Shown: positions 13,935-27,550 of the stretch, piece by piece | Layout: each line of letters starts with the position of its first letter | Numbering within the stretch: the first letter of the stretch is position 1 | DNA from: Squalus acanthias | Taxonomy: Eukaryota | Assembly (NCBI GenBank): GCA_030390025.1 | Contig: CM059432.1 | Coordinates: 100,504,001-100,568,000, forward strand | Direction: 5' to 3' | DNA length: 64,000 bases | Program-made: the position numbers and the translations under genes | Notes under the pieces: generated by a model | Told to the model about the DNA's origin: nothing | Seen by the model: the letters and a program-made list of their open reading frames with translations, nothing else | Databases searched by the model: none

Positions 13935-14746
13935 GGGCACATTATGTGGGCGGGGACAGGAAGGTCAGGAAACAGGGGTACATTATGTGGGCGGGGACAG
14001 GAAGGTCAGGAAACAGGGGTACATTATGTGGGTGGAGACAGGAAGGTCAGGAAACAGGGGTACATTATGTGGGCGGAGACAGGAAGGTCAGGAATCGGGT
14101 ACATTATGTGGGCGGGGACAGGAAGGTCAGGAAACAGGGGTACATTATGTGGGCGGGGACAGGAAGGTCAGGAAACAGGGGTACATTATGTGGGCGGGGA
14201 CAGGAAGGTCAGGAAACAGGGGTACATTATGTGGGCGGGGACAGGAAGGTCAGGAAACAGGGGTACATTATGTGGGCGGAGACAGGAAGGTCAGGAAACA
14301 GGGGTACATTATGTGGGCGGAGACAGGAAGGTCAGGAATCGGGTACATTATGTGGGCGGGGACAGGAAGGTCAGGAAACAGGGGTACATTATGTGGGCGG
14401 AGACAGGAAGGTCAGGAAACAGGGGTACATTATGTGGGCGGAGACAGGAAGGTCAGGAATCGGGTACATTATGTGGGCGGGGACAGGAAGGTCAGGAAAC
14501 AGGGGTACATTATGTGGGCGGAGACAGGAAGGTCAGGAAACAGGGGTACATTATGTGGGCGGAGACAGGAAGGTCAGGAATCGGGTACATTATGTGGGCG
14601 GGGACAGGAAGGTCAGGAAACAGGGGTACATTATGTGGGCGGGGACAGGAAGGTCAGGAAACAGGGGTATATTATGTGGGCGGGGACAGGAAGGTCAGAA
14701 ATCGGGTACATTATGTGGGCGGGGACAGGAAGGTCAGGAAACAGGA
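13935..14746. repeat. Minisatellite, about 20 copies of 41-bp unit GGGGTACATTATGTGGGCGG(G/A)GACAGGAAGGTCAGGAAACA with a 39-bp variant
   Basis: Read directly; near-perfect tandem units. Confidence 0.97.
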
Positions 14747-14778
14747 ATACATTAAATTTAATCTAATTTACAGAATCA

Positions 14779-14868
<90 letters not shown>

Positions 14869-15817
14869 CTAAAGAAAGCAACATATTTTATTCAAAGATC
14901 TGTCAGTTATAAAAAAAAAATCAAGTAAGTGGCATTAATCTGCAAGAAGATGCAAGTATGCTTTAAGAAAAACTGTTTACAGAGATCATCATACAAGAAT
15001 TAATCCAACAACAGGCTCTTTTTTTTATTACAGGAGGGCCTTGCTGTGAATAAGATCAGCAGACATTGCAGTGGAATTCAACCTTGGTGTAAATTTCTTG
15101 CAAACAAATTATTTTGGCAGATAAAATGATGTGTATTATACGGTTTTATATTGTTGATACACATGTTGTACTGTAAACATGAGACAAGGTCAAATGCCTG
15201 CCAGCCAAGCAGCAACGTCAGGCAAAATGAGGACTGCAAACCAATAAAAATACTGGAGGGTTACATCATACAGGGTGAGAAAGTTTGGAGGTGTCAGCTT
15301 CCACCTTGTGTGGCGTCCTGTCACAGGGCATCCACACTTTGCGGTCTTCCATGGAGAGTGTGGCAACCTCCATTCATGCTGCAGCCTGGCATTTACATCA
15401 GGTATCTTGTCACCAGCTTTTGCAACATTTTTGGAAGCTCAAACTGCAGCCATGCCGATTCTGGGCTCCAGCATCTGCTCTACCTTGGAGGGACTGGTGG
15501 GCCACATGGATAGGGGCTTTCAAGGTGTCACTGACATCCTCATGTCTGTTCTTCCGCAGATCAAGGGGAGTGATGAGGCGCAGCCTCATGGGAGTGGCAA
15601 TGGCACATGTTGCCCTCTCTCAGGATGTCAGCACGTCTGCTCCCTCACCGGTTCTCCCTCACCACCTCCTCAACCAATACTTGCCACAGTGCCAGAAAGC
15701 TAGCTGAGCCAGACTGCCTCGGCAGCAGCTGAGATGCTGAAGTCTATAGTTGGGCCCTCTCAGGGCCAAGCTCCCATAGGTTGCCAACCACGAGCATCTC
15801 AAGGGTTTTGACCCAGT

Positions 15818-16659
15818 GATGATGGTGTCGAGCTTCTTGAGTGTTGTTGGAGCTGCACTCATCCAGGCAAGTGGAGAGTATTCCATCACACTCCTGATTT
15901 CTGCCTTGTAGGTGGTGGAAAGGCTTTGGGGAGTCAGGAGGCGAGTCACTCGCTGCAAAAATACCCAGCCTCTGACCTGCTCTTGTAGCCACAGTATTTA
16001 TGTGGCTGGTCCAGTTGAGTTTCTGCTCAATGATGAACACCAGGATGTTGATGGTGGGGGATTCAACAATGGTAATGCCGCTGAATGTCAAGGGGAGGTG
16101 GTTAGACTCTCTCTTGTTGGAGATGGTCATTGCGTGGCACTTCTGTGGCGCCAATGTTACTTGCCACTTGTCAGCCCAGGCCTGAATGTTGTCCAGGTCT
16201 TGCTGCATGCAGACACAGACTGCTTCATTATCTGAGGAATTGAGAATGTACTGAACACTGTGCAATCATCAGCAAATTTCCCCACATCTGACCTTATGAT
16301 GGACGGAAGGTCATTGATGAAGCAGCTGAAGATGGTTGGGCCTAGGACACTGCCCTGAGGAACTTCTACAGCAATGTCCTGGGGCTGAGATGAGGCCTCC
16401 AACAACCACAGCCAAATTCCTTTGTGGTATGTTTGACTCCAGCCAAAGGAGAGTTTCCCCCGTGATTCCCATTGACTTCAATTTTACTAGGGCTCCTCAG
16501 TGCCACACTCGTTCAAATGCTGCCTTGATGACAAGGGCAGTCACTTTCAATTTACCTCTGGAATTCAGCTCTTTAGTCCAGGTTTGGACCAAGGCTGTAA
16601 TGAGGTCTGGAGCCGCGTGGTCCTGGTGAAACCCAAACTGAGCATCAATAAGCAGGTTA
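15818..16659 (-). mobile_element. Non-LTR LINE fragment (CR1/L2-group, second family), RT C-terminal part; resumes at 18184-18258 after a CR1 insertion
   Basis: VPQGSVLGPTIFSCFINDL, KFADD, QQDLDNIQAWADKWQV, EYSPLAW motifs. Confidence 0.85.
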
Positions 16660-18183
16660 GGGTACTTAAGGAAGTGGCCCTAGAAATAGTAGATGCATTG
16701 CTGATCATCTTCCAACATTCGATGGAATCTGGAACTGTACCCATGGATTGGAGGGTAGCTAATGTTACCCCACTATTCAAAAAGGGTGGTAGAGAGAAAG
16801 CGGGGAATTACAGACCGGTAAGCCTGACATCGGTAGTGGGGAAAATGCTGGAGTCCATTATAAAGGATGTACTAGCTGAGCACTTGAAAAACAGTGACAG
16901 GATCGGACAAAGTCAACATGGATTTACAAAAGGTAAATCGTGCTTGACTAATCTACTGGAATTTTTTGAGGATGTAACTGGGAAAATAGATAAGGGAGAA
17001 CCAGTAGATGTGGTGTATTTGGACTTTCAAAAGGCTTTTGATAAGGTCCCGCATAAGAGATTAGCGTGTAAAGTTAAGGCACATGGGATTGGGGGCAAGG
17101 TATTGACTTGGATAGAGAACTGGTTGGCGGACAGAAAGCAGAGAGTAGGAATTAATGGTTTTTTTTCCGAGTGGCAAGCAGTGACTAGTGGGGTACCGCA
17201 GGGATCGGTCATTGGACCCCAGCTATTCACAATATAATGTAATATCTCCAAGTTTTCAGATGACACAAAGCTGGGTGGGAGTGTGTGCTGCGAGGAGGAT
17301 ACCGAGAAACTCCAGGATGATTTGGACAGGTTGGGTGAGTGGGCAGAAGCGTGGCAGATGCAATATAATGTGGATAAATGCGAGGTTATCCACTTTGGTG
17401 TCAAAAACAGAAAGGCAGACTATTATCTGAATGGCAATAGATTGGGAGAAGGGGAAGTGCAATGAGACCTGGGTGTCCTTGTGCACCAGTCGCTGAAAGT
17501 AAGCATGCAGGTGCAGCAGGCGGTGAAGAAGGCAAATGGTATGTTGGCCTTGATAGCGAAAGGGTTTGAGTATAGGAACAGGGATGTCCTGCTGCAGTTG
17601 TACAGGTCCTTGGTGAGACCACACCTTGAATACTGTGTGCAGTTTTGGTCGCCTTATCTGAGGAAGGATGTTCTTGCCATGAAAGGAGTTCAGCGAAGAT
17701 TCACAAGGCTGATACCTGGGATGGCAGGAATGACATATGAGGAGAGATTGGGTCGATTGGGCTTATACTCACTGGAGTATAGAAGAATGAGAGGGGATCT
17801 CATCGAAACATATAAAATTCTGACAGGTCTGGACAAACTAGATGCAGGAAGAATGTTCCCGATGGTCGGATAGTCCAGAACCAGGGGTCATAATCTAAGG
17901 ATAAGGGGTAAGCCATTTAGGACAGAAATGAGGAAGAATTTCTTCACCCAGAGAGTGGTGAACCTGTGGAATTCTCTACCACAGAAGGTAGTTGAGGCCA
18001 AGTCATTAAATATATTCAAGAATGAGTTAGATATATTTCTTAAAGCTAAAGGTATCAAGGGATATGGGGAGAAGGCAGGTACAGGGTACTGAGTTTGGAT
18101 GATCAGCCATGATCTCATCGAATGGCGGAGCAGGCTCGAGGGTCCGAATGGCCTATTTCTGCTCCTATCTTCAATGTTTCTAT
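16660..18183 (+). mobile_element. 5'-truncated CR1 LINE (RT and 3' UTR)
   Basis: NYRPVSLTS, QHGFTKGKSCLTNL, YLDFQKAFD, VPQGSV, RPHLEYCVQFW motifs; 3' tail; candidate GTTA TSD. Confidence 0.92.
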
Positions 18184-18259
18184 GTTATTGGTGAGTAAGT
18201 GCCGCTTTGCCAATGATTGAGAGTAGGCTGGTGGGGTGGTAATTGGTCGGACTGGATTG

Positions 18260-18968
18260 TAATGACATTCAATGGCATGACCATCGTCGAATCCCCCACC
18301 ATCACATCCTGGGAGTCACTATTGAACAGAAACTTAACTTGACTAACCACATAAATACTGTAGCTACAAGAGCAGGTCAGAGGCTGGGTATTCAGCAGCG
18401 AGTGACTCACCACCTGACTCCACAAAGCCTTTCCACCACCGCTACAAGGCCCAAGTTAGGATTGTGAGGGAATACTCTCCACTTGCCTGGATAAGTGCAG
18501 CTCCAACAACATTCATCCAGGACAAAGCAGCCCGCTTGATTGGCACCCCATCCACCAACTTAAACATTCACTCCCTCCACCCCCAGTGCAACATGGCTGC
18601 AGTGTGCACAATCTACAAGATGCATTGTAGCAACTCGCCAAGGCTTCTTTGTCAACACCTCCCAAACCCATGACCTCTACCACTTAGAAGGACAAGGGCA
18701 GCAGGTGCATGGGAACGCCACTACCTCCAAGTTCCCCTCCAAGTCACACACCAGCCTGACTTGGAAATATATTACTATTCCTTCATCGTCACTAGGTCAA
18801 AATCCTCGAACTCCCTACTTAACAGCAGTGTGGGAGTACCTTCACCACACGGACTGCAGTGAATCAAGAAGGTGGCTCACCACCACCTTCTCGAGCAATT
18901 AGTGATATGCAATAAATGCTGGCCTTGCCAGCGACACCCACATCCTATGAATGAATAAATTAAAAACT
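18260..18968 (+). mobile_element. 3' end of the second LINE family (inverted relative to 15818-16659)
   Basis: QKLNLTNHINTVATRAGQRLGI, EYSPLAW, QDKAARLIG; ends AATAAATGCTGGCCTTGCCAGCGAC...ATGAATGAATAAA. Confidence 0.85.
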
Positions 18969-19268
18969 AAAAATTTAAAAAGAGGTCCTAATGACATGTC
19001 AGGAACCTGATTTTCAGGTATTCATAAGGTGCCCGCCTAAAAAATCTGCGTAGTTAATATAGCGGTGGATAGGAATCAAGCGCGACTGAGGCGGTAAATC
19101 TTCCCATGGAATTTTAACTCTGGTACCACCCTGTTCCCCTTTAGACTCTAAAACATTACCTGAACACATACATATAAATGATCTGTGTCAACACTAAATG
19201 GAATGGTAGACTCTGTGAAGCTTCGTAAAAGGAGTAATGATTTGTTTATTATGACTTCAACTGCTTAC

Positions 19269-19387
19269 CTGCAGAGAGTACCCCCGATCACACTGAAATG
19301 ATATTACGTCACCAACCAAATATCTGTCTCCATTTTTGATTCCATTGCTAGGAGTAAGTGGTTCTGGGCAGGAATCCAATCCTATAG
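19269..19387 (-). CDS. CSMD3: CSMD3 exon (119 bp), Sushi N-half: AIGLDSCPEPLTPSNGIKNGDRYLVGDVISFQCDRGYSLQ
   Basis: Translated by hand (absent from the ORF track); ttgcag acceptor, CAG|gtaagc donor; phase 1-0. Confidence 0.95.
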
Positions 19388-19916
19388 CTGCAAAACCATA
19401 CTTCATATTAGCTACTGATACTTAAAATGACATGTTCTGTTCAAAGATCCATGAATATTGACCACAATTATTTTGTGAAACAAGTCTTTAACTACCTTTT
19501 CTTTGACCTGCGAGATAGTTTTCCTTGTTTATTTTTACAACTGAGCTTATTAAATAATGGGAAGACACCAGAATGGGATTTCTTTACTAGTGGAAATGAG
19601 TAATATCCTGATGTTTACTTGTGTTAGACAGATTTTGTCACAGTGTTGGCACACTGGGATATGGGTTGACATGATCATTCTCCATGTGACAAGATTTTAA
19701 GTCTGATTTTAACCCAGCTTGCCCAGCGCGAACGGGGCTGGAGGGCAGTTAAAATGGTGGTGGGGGGGGTTTGTGCTGTGTTCTCGACGCGTTCCCACCC
19801 GATGCCATTTTTGCTTACCAGAAAACTTGTTCTGGAGGGCAGCCCACCCCAGGCAGGTGGGGGCCTATTTTAGATTCAGAAGGCCCAATGGTATCATTGG
19901 CACCACAACATGATTT

Positions 19917-22321
19917 TAAGAACATATCATAAGAACATAAGAAATAGGAGCAGGAGTAGGCCATTTGGCCCTTCGAACCTGCTCCGCCATTCTACCTCAT
20001 CTCCACTTTCCTGCACTAACCCCATATCCCTTGATTCCCTTAATATTCAAAAATCTACTGATCTCTGTCTTGAATATACTCAAACACTGAGTCTCCACAA
20101 CCCTCCGGGGTAGAGAATTCCAAAGATTCACCACCCTCTGAGTGAAGAAATTTCTCCTCATCTCAGTCCTAAATGGCCAACCCCTTATTCTGAGACTGTG
20201 ACCCCTGGTTCTAGACTCCCAAGCCAGGGGAAACATCCTCCCTACATCTACCCTGTCAAGTCCTGTAAGAATTTTGTATGTTTCAATGAGATCACCTCTC
20301 ATTCTTCTAAACTCTAGAGAATATAGGCCCAGTCTACTCAATCTCTCCTCATAGGACAATCCCCCCATCCCAGGAACCAGTCTGGTGAACCTTTGTTGCA
20401 CTCGCTCTATGGCAAGTATATCCTTCCTTAGGTAAGGAGACCAAAACTGTGTAATCTCACCAGGGCCCTGTCTAATTGCAGTAAGACGTCTTTACTCTTA
20501 TACTCAAATCCTCTTGTAATAAAGGCCAAAATACCATTTGCTTTCGTAAATGCTTGCTGTACCTGCATGTTAACCTCCAGTGATTCGTGTACAAGGACAC
20601 CCAGGTCCCTCTGAACACCAACATTTCAAATCTCTCACCATTTAAAAAAATACTCTGCTTTACTATTTTTCCTACCAAAGTGGATAACTTCACAGTTCTC
20701 CACATTATATTCCATTTTCCATATTCTTGCCCACTCACTTAGCCTGTCTATATCCCCTTGAAGCCTCCTTCCAACTTCCTCACAACTTACATTCCCACCC
20801 AGCTTTGTATCCTCAGCAAATTTGGATGTATTACATTTGGTCCCCTCATCCAAATCATTGATGTAGATTGTGAATAGCTGAGGCCCAAGCACTGATCGTT
20901 GCAGTACCCCACTAGTTACAGCCTGCCAAAATGACCCGTTTATTCCTACTCTCTGTTTTCTGTCCATTAACCAATCCTCAATCCATGCTAGTATATTAAC
21001 CCCAATCCCATGAGCCCTAATTTTGTTTAATAACCTCTTGGGTGGCACCTTATCGAAAGCCTTCTGAAAATCCAAATACACCACATCCACTGGTTCCCCC
21101 TCATCTATTCTGCTAGTTACAACCTCAAAAAACTCTAACAGATTCGTCAAACACGATGTTCCTTTCATAAATCCGTGTTGACTCTGCCCAATCCTATTAT
21201 TATTTTCTAATAGTGGGGTAACATTTACCACCTTCCAATCTGCGGGAACAGTTCTCGAATCTATGGAATTTTGGAAAATGACAACCAATGCATCCACTAT
21301 CTCTATAGCTACCTCTTTCAAAACCTAGGATATGGGCCATCAGGTCCAGGAGATTTATCGGATTTCAGTCCCATTAATTTCTCCAGTACTTCATTTTTAC
21401 TAATACTAATTTCTTTCAGTTCCTCATTCTCGCTGGAGCCTTGGTTCTCCACTATTTCCGGGAAGTTTTTTGCGCCTTCTTCCGTGAAGACAGACACAAA
21501 GGGCAGAATTTTCATTGACCCGTGGAGGTGGGTTTGGAGGCGTGTGGGGGGTTAAAATTGCGAAAACTGGCGGGCGGGCACAAGCCCGCCTCCACGCAAT
21601 TTTCATTAAATCGTGTCTGCTGGTCCCGCCCCCAAGAGGCGGGATAGGCTGCTAAGGCCCTTAACAAGCACTAAATTGCCTCTATAATGCCATTTTGAAA
21701 GGCCTTTGTGATTTTAACCCTTTTTCCTACGTGAAGCACGCCTGTTCTGAACCACAGATGTGAAACCTGACAGTAGCACATTTGGATTGCTGACTATCAG
21801 CTACAGGACGATGATGAGGACAGAGGAGGAGTAGGAGTAGTAGTAGTAGTAATATTATTATCTGGGAGTGGTGGTGGTACAAAAATATCTGGGAGCAGAC
21901 TTAGTGCTGCTGCTGCTCATTATGCCTCCAGGTCCTCTCACAGCAAAGGCCAGGCAGTCTTTGCAGACCTTCAATGCAGCAGCAATGATGACATTATCAG
22001 AGGCAATTTTCAGACTGAAAACACTAATTGGTTCATGGGTTCCCACATGCTGGAACTCAATTGCTCAATTAGGTGAAAATCGCATCAATCTCCCACATCC
22101 AATTGGAGTCGGGTGGATAACATGAAAAGTGGATGACACGACCGCAACCCGCCCCAATATCAAAATCCAGCCCAAAGTATTTGTTTAATTTCTCAGCCAT
22201 TTCCTTATTCCCTATTATAATTTCTCCTGTCTCAGCCTGTAAGGGACCCACATTTACTTTCACTAATCTTTTCCTTTTTACATACCAATAGAAGCTTTTA
22301 CAATGTTTTTATGTCTCTCGC
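19917..22321 (-). mobile_element. 5'-truncated CR1 LINE interrupted by a MITE
   Basis: RT motifs in ORFs 20635-21321 and 19997-20401; TTCTTATG-type tail at the low-coordinate end. Confidence 0.92.
21501..22173. mobile_element. Harbinger-like MITE inserted in CR1
   Basis: TIR GGGCAGAATTTT / AAAATCCAGCCC; AAA TSD; removing it restores CR1 AGACACAAAGTATTTG. Same family as 53497-54264. Confidence 0.85.
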
Positions 22322-22580
22322 TAGAGCGGTCTGCAGAGATTGGGATGCCCAGGAGTTAAAATGGCCTCACACTGAACTCTCCATGGAAGTTTCCCTGCCT
22401 CCGCTCACCCCACCTGTGCCCCAGATAGGGACTTAAATTTGCAACTAGTCATAAGGAGGAAAGCAGGCACTACCAGACAGGGAAGAAAGAGAGGAAAAAT
22501 CAAAGTTAATCCATCCTCAACCACTGCTAATCAGCCAATTGTATTAAAGCATTGGCAGGTCACCTACAGATCATTAACTA

Positions 22581-22838
<258 letters not shown>

Positions 22839-23499
22839 TTAGCATTTGGGTTCCATATTTTCCTTTCAATTTTTTTGCTTGTAATTTTGTTCACATTCTT
22901 CTCTCTTTCACCGTCCCCGTTAATATTCTCCTCAGTCAAGAGAGTGGTTGATCTAGACAGCCGATTGAAGATTTTCTTGGATCTGCACCCAGATGTACTG
23001 GATCACCTGGATGTTGTAAATATTGGAAAATCGTGCAGTTCCTTTACAGGCATGCACCCGAACCTGCCCAATTTTCTAATATTTGTTGTGCCCAACCAAT
23101 CTAGTGTGCCTATGCACTGACCTAGGAAAATGTCCCTTTCGATATCACCATTGATTGATCCACCTTGAATGATGAGAGAAGACTTACTCCCTTGTCAGAT
23201 TTTGTTCCCTCTCTCTGCCAAGTGACTGATTTTTACCTATCCAAAGAAATTCAGTCCAACCTAGGTGAGATTATCTATCTGCTGACAAAAGTATCCTCAC
23301 AATTTTTCCAACACAACTCAGCCTTATCACTTTCTCTGAGGGAAACTCCCAATTTAGTACCAAATTATGGCGAGCTGTGAATCATACCTTCTGGTAAGTG
23401 GGTTTAGACTACTCAAACTTAATTCATGTAGGCTTTCATCCTATTATTCAGGGAAAAACTTTGATTAAATCTAAGCTTGCGCCCTCATGAATTAGTGGC

Positions 23500-23650
23500 C
23501 ATGCAATTGACCTTGGGTTGTAGCGCAAAACAGGCAATAGCGACACACCAGCCTGTTTTATAGCCCACTCATTTCGGACGGGCTATAAAACGGGCTGCTG
23601 ATTCCTTAATGCCCGTTTTGCACTGCAGCCCAAGACCAATTCCACCCCCC
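23500..23650. repeat. Short imperfect palindrome, probably a small MITE
   Basis: AATTG.CCTTGGG.TG.AG.GCAAAAC.GGC / GCCCGTTTTGCACTGCAGCCCAAGACCAATT and inner GTTTTATAGCCC / GGGCTATAAAAC arms. Confidence 0.6.
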
Positions 23651-24039
23651 GCTACCCCCCGCAGGAGAGTTTATTCAGTGAGTGTATGAGCTATGCAGTG
23701 CAGCAAAGTTCCAAGTTCAGTCCTCAGCCTGATCAGAGTTAACTGTTCTCACCTAGGATGGTGGTCAGGCACAGAATGCTTCTCGGTAGGAGAAGCAAAA
23801 ATCAATAAAGGTTCCCAATTCTGATTGCTATTTCACAGCCACTGCTAGAAGTGGGTGTTATGTGACACTCACTAGCAAGGCTCATACAACTCTCATGGGT
23901 TTCCTCCCATGACTTAAACAAAATTATGGTTTTGCCAAATATTTTTTCAGGATCCTGGCACCTCTTGAAGTGGATATTTAGCACTGTTTCTACTGATCAA
24001 TCAAGGCTTGAACATGACTATTCCTTGTTATTGCCCTTT

Positions 24040-24850
24040 CATAGGAACATAGCCATTCAGCCCTTAGCACATGTTCCGCCATTCAACATGGCTGATCTGT
24101 ACCTCAACTCCATTTACCTGCTTTTTCCTTGATAACCATACCTAATGAAAATCTATTGATCTAAGTCTTGGAAGTGTCAATTGATCCAGTATCCACAATC
24201 TTTTGCGGGAGGGTGTTCCAGATTTCACTCCTAAATTGCCTTGCTCTAATTTTAAGATTATGTCCTCTTGTTCTGAAATCCCCCACTAGAGTAAATAGTT
24301 TCTCTGCATCTACCCTATTGAGTCCCTTTAATAGTTTAAGGGACTCGATTAGATCACCCCTCAACCTTCTAAACTCAATGGAATACAAACCAAGTTTATG
24401 CAAACTGTCCTTATAATTTAACCCTTTAGCCCTGTTTTATTTTTCTAGTGAGTCTGCGCTGTAAACCCCTCCATGGTCAATAGTGACTAACATACTTCAT
24501 CATCTGTAAAGCACTTTGGAAAGTCCTATGGTCGTGAAAAGTGCTATATAAATGCAAGTTTTTCTTTCTTTTGCGGTTCGGTGCCCAAAACTGAAGACAG
24601 TGCTCCACGTGTGACCTGACCAAGGCTCTATATAACTGAAGCATCACTTCCTCGCTTTTGTATTCTAAACCCCCTTGAGATAAACGTCATCATTCCATTA
24701 GCCTTTTTGATTAGTTTTTCTACCAGTGCACTAGCTTTTCATGATATGTGCACATGGACACCCAAATCCCTTTGCTCCTGCACATCTTCTAGTCTCTCAC
24801 CAGTAAGTAAATTTTCTGATTTGTCTTTCTCGGATCCAAAAGAAATGAGC
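24040..24850 (-). mobile_element. Older CR1 3' fragment
   Basis: LGLYSIEFRRLRGDLIE..., QRDLGVHVH motifs. Confidence 0.8.
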
Positions 24851-25231
24851 TCACGCTTCCTGAGGATAATCGGAATTCTCAAAGGTGTCAGCAGACAAGT
24901 TGTGAGTGGGTAGTCCATGTCCCCCAAGGGTCTACCACTCAAAAAGTTTGAAATATGAGCTGCTGCTTACATTATTTTCTGTCTGTGATTGCATACCAGT
25001 TGCAAGTTAACCAAGTAAGCAGGAACCCTTTCTATTGACAGAAGAGGAGGCACTGTGGAATGAAAATTAACAGAAGAGCAAATGATACTGGCTTGTACTT
25101 GAGGAATACCTCATATTTTTTTTAATGTGTAATCTGTAAAACGATTGCTATATGCTGTTGCCCTTATCTGTGCAGAGGCGCACTGAATTATTTCTGTAAT
25201 TTCTTTTTTTATTTCCTTATTTTTTTAAATT

Positions 25232-25432
25232 TGGAACTGCCCGATAGGATGGTAGATACAGATTCAATAGTAGACTTCAAAAGGGAATTGGATAAATACT
25301 TGAAGGAGAAAAAATTGCAGGGATATGGGGAAAGAGCGGGGGAGTGGGACTAACTGGATTGTTCTTCAAGAGTCGGCGCAGACTCGATGAGCCGAATGGT
25401 CTCCTTCTGTGCTGTACTATTCTATGATTCTG
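25232..25432 (+). mobile_element. CR1 (or CR1-tailed SINE) 3' end
   Basis: GGATATGGGGAAAGAGCGGG...GCCGAATGGTCTCCTTCTGTGCTGTA..TTCTATGATTCT tail. Confidence 0.7.
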
Positions 25433-26236
25433 TAATTTAGCAGCAAATTTCATATTGAATGATCCAGTAATGTCTCAAATGATCCCTGGAAAAATCCAGT
25501 AGAATAGAAGTTTAATCCAGTACTCATTTTAATTTATACTAAGTGCCATCTTGATGCTGTCCTTTGCTGACAGAGGTGGCCCCAAAATCCCACAGGTCAA
25601 GATCCTGGCAGTTATGCCAGGATCGAGCCCAACACTGCCCTCCAACGCTGATCTGACCCAAGTTTGTGGGATCAGAGGGCACCTCATTAGCATTGAGTAG
25701 GCAGACAAAAGTGCCACTATAAGCACATCTTTGGTGCCTACCCCATGCCCATGGAATGTTTCCCTTTGGTATACCCTTGCAGAGTGATTTGCCAGCCCCC
25801 CATCCCCCGCCCCCAAATGACCAACTTTACTAAGGGCGACTCCCTAAGGGGGCTGTTCAACACAATTTTAAGAAATAATTTCACTCTTTAGGTGTCTAGC
25901 CCACTTGCCTGGCCTGTTTCCCACTAGTGGGGCCCATAATTGCCCTTGTAGAGGCTGATACATTTCCATTCACTTAACGTATCAGCCGTTACTACTATGC
26001 CAGGTCCCACTGGAGCTTGTAGAGTGGGAACTCCTGACTTAGGAAGTCCCCGCCTTGGCCCTGCCCTCTGGCCACCACTTACCTTGGAAGAGGCAGAAGG
26101 AAGTTCCGCCTCTTACAAGGCATTGAGGAAGATCTTGGAAATAGCAGAGATCAAGTGGAACCAGGGGTTTACACCAGTTTATCGCTGGATCATTTCAACC
26201 TGGCGTCAAAGCAGGTGAGGGAGCAGCCAGAGTTTG

Positions 26237-26619
26237 CATACGAATTAGGAGCAGGAGTAGGCCACTCGGCCCCTCGAGCCTGCTCTGCCATTCAATAAGA
26301 TCATGGATGATCTGATTACTCCACATTCCCGCCTACCCCCGATAACCTTTCACCCCCTTGCTTATCAAGAATCTATCTACCTCTGCCTTAAAAATATTCA
26401 AAGACTCTGCTTCTACCGCCCTCTGAGGAAGAGAGTTCCAAAGACTCACGACCCTCTGTGAGAAAATATTTATCTTCATCTCTGTCTTAAATGGGCGACC
26501 CCTTATTTTTAAACAGTGATCCCTTGTTCTAGATTCTCCCACAAGAGGAAACATCCTCTCCACATCCACCCTCTCAAGACCCCTCAGGATCTTATATGTT
26601 TCAATCAAGTCACCTCTTA
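26237..26619 (-). mobile_element. CR1 3' fragment, left arm of an inverted duplication
   Basis: ORF 26333-26608 is near identical to the C-terminus of ORF 26921-27454. Confidence 0.9.
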
Positions 26620-26902
26620 ATCAAGGCAGGAGACCAGTGGAACCCCTGAGGAATTTTGGACACATGTCTTTGTTGACAAGCAGGCTCCTAAAACACAGGT
26701 CTTCAATGAGGCTTTGGTGCCAGGTTTGTACGTGGTACCCACTGTATCCTAGGTAGTAATGAGTTCTGAAGATTCACTTCCTATGCCTTAGGACTTTCCT
26801 GGCAATAGTCTGTTCCTTCTTCTCTCAATTTGTAATAGATGTAAGCAATGTTGAAGTTTCCTGTTGCCAATAACTATGCGCTTTATGCAGTTTCACTGAT
26901 CA

Positions 26903-27550
26903 TGCAGGAGAGCTAATAGAATGTTATTGTTTATTGCGAGGGGAATTGAATACAAAAGTAGGGAGGTTATGCTTCAGTTATACAGGGCATTGGTGAGACC
27001 ACATCTGGAGTACTGCGTACAGTATTGGTCTCCTTATTTAAGGAATGATGTAAATGCGTTGGAAACAGTTCAGAGAAGGTTTACTAGACTAATACCTGAA
27101 ATGGGCGGGTTCTCTTATGCGGAAAGGTTGGACAGGTTAGGCTTGTATCTGCTGGAGTTTAGAAGAGTAAGAGGTGACTTGATTGAAACATATAAGATCC
27201 TGAGGGGTCTGGACAGGGTGGATGTGGAGAGGATGTTTCCTCTTGTGGGAGAATCTAGAGCTAGGGGTCACTGTTTAAAAATAAGGGGTCGCCCATTTAA
27301 GACAGAGATGAGGAGACATTTTTTCTCACAGAGGGTCGTGAGTCTTTGGAACTCTCTTCCTCAGAGGGCGGTAGAAGCAGAGTCTTTGAATATTTTTAAG
27401 GCAGAGGTAGATAGATTCTTGGTAAGCAAGGGGGTGAAAGGTTATCGGGGGTAGGCGGGAATGTGGAGTAATCAGATCAGCCATGATCTTATTGAATGGC
27501 AGAGCAGGCTCGAGGGGCCGAGTGGCCTACTCCTGCTCCTAATTCGTATG
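26903..27550 (+). mobile_element. CR1 3' fragment with open frame (177 aa) and 3' UTR
   Basis: RPHLEYCVQYWSP, RRVRGDLIETYKI, FFSQRVV.WNSLP motifs. Confidence 0.92.

Noticed and set aside
13935..14746. CRISPR-like array
   Set aside because: No unique spacers, no cas genes, and the context is a vertebrate intron.
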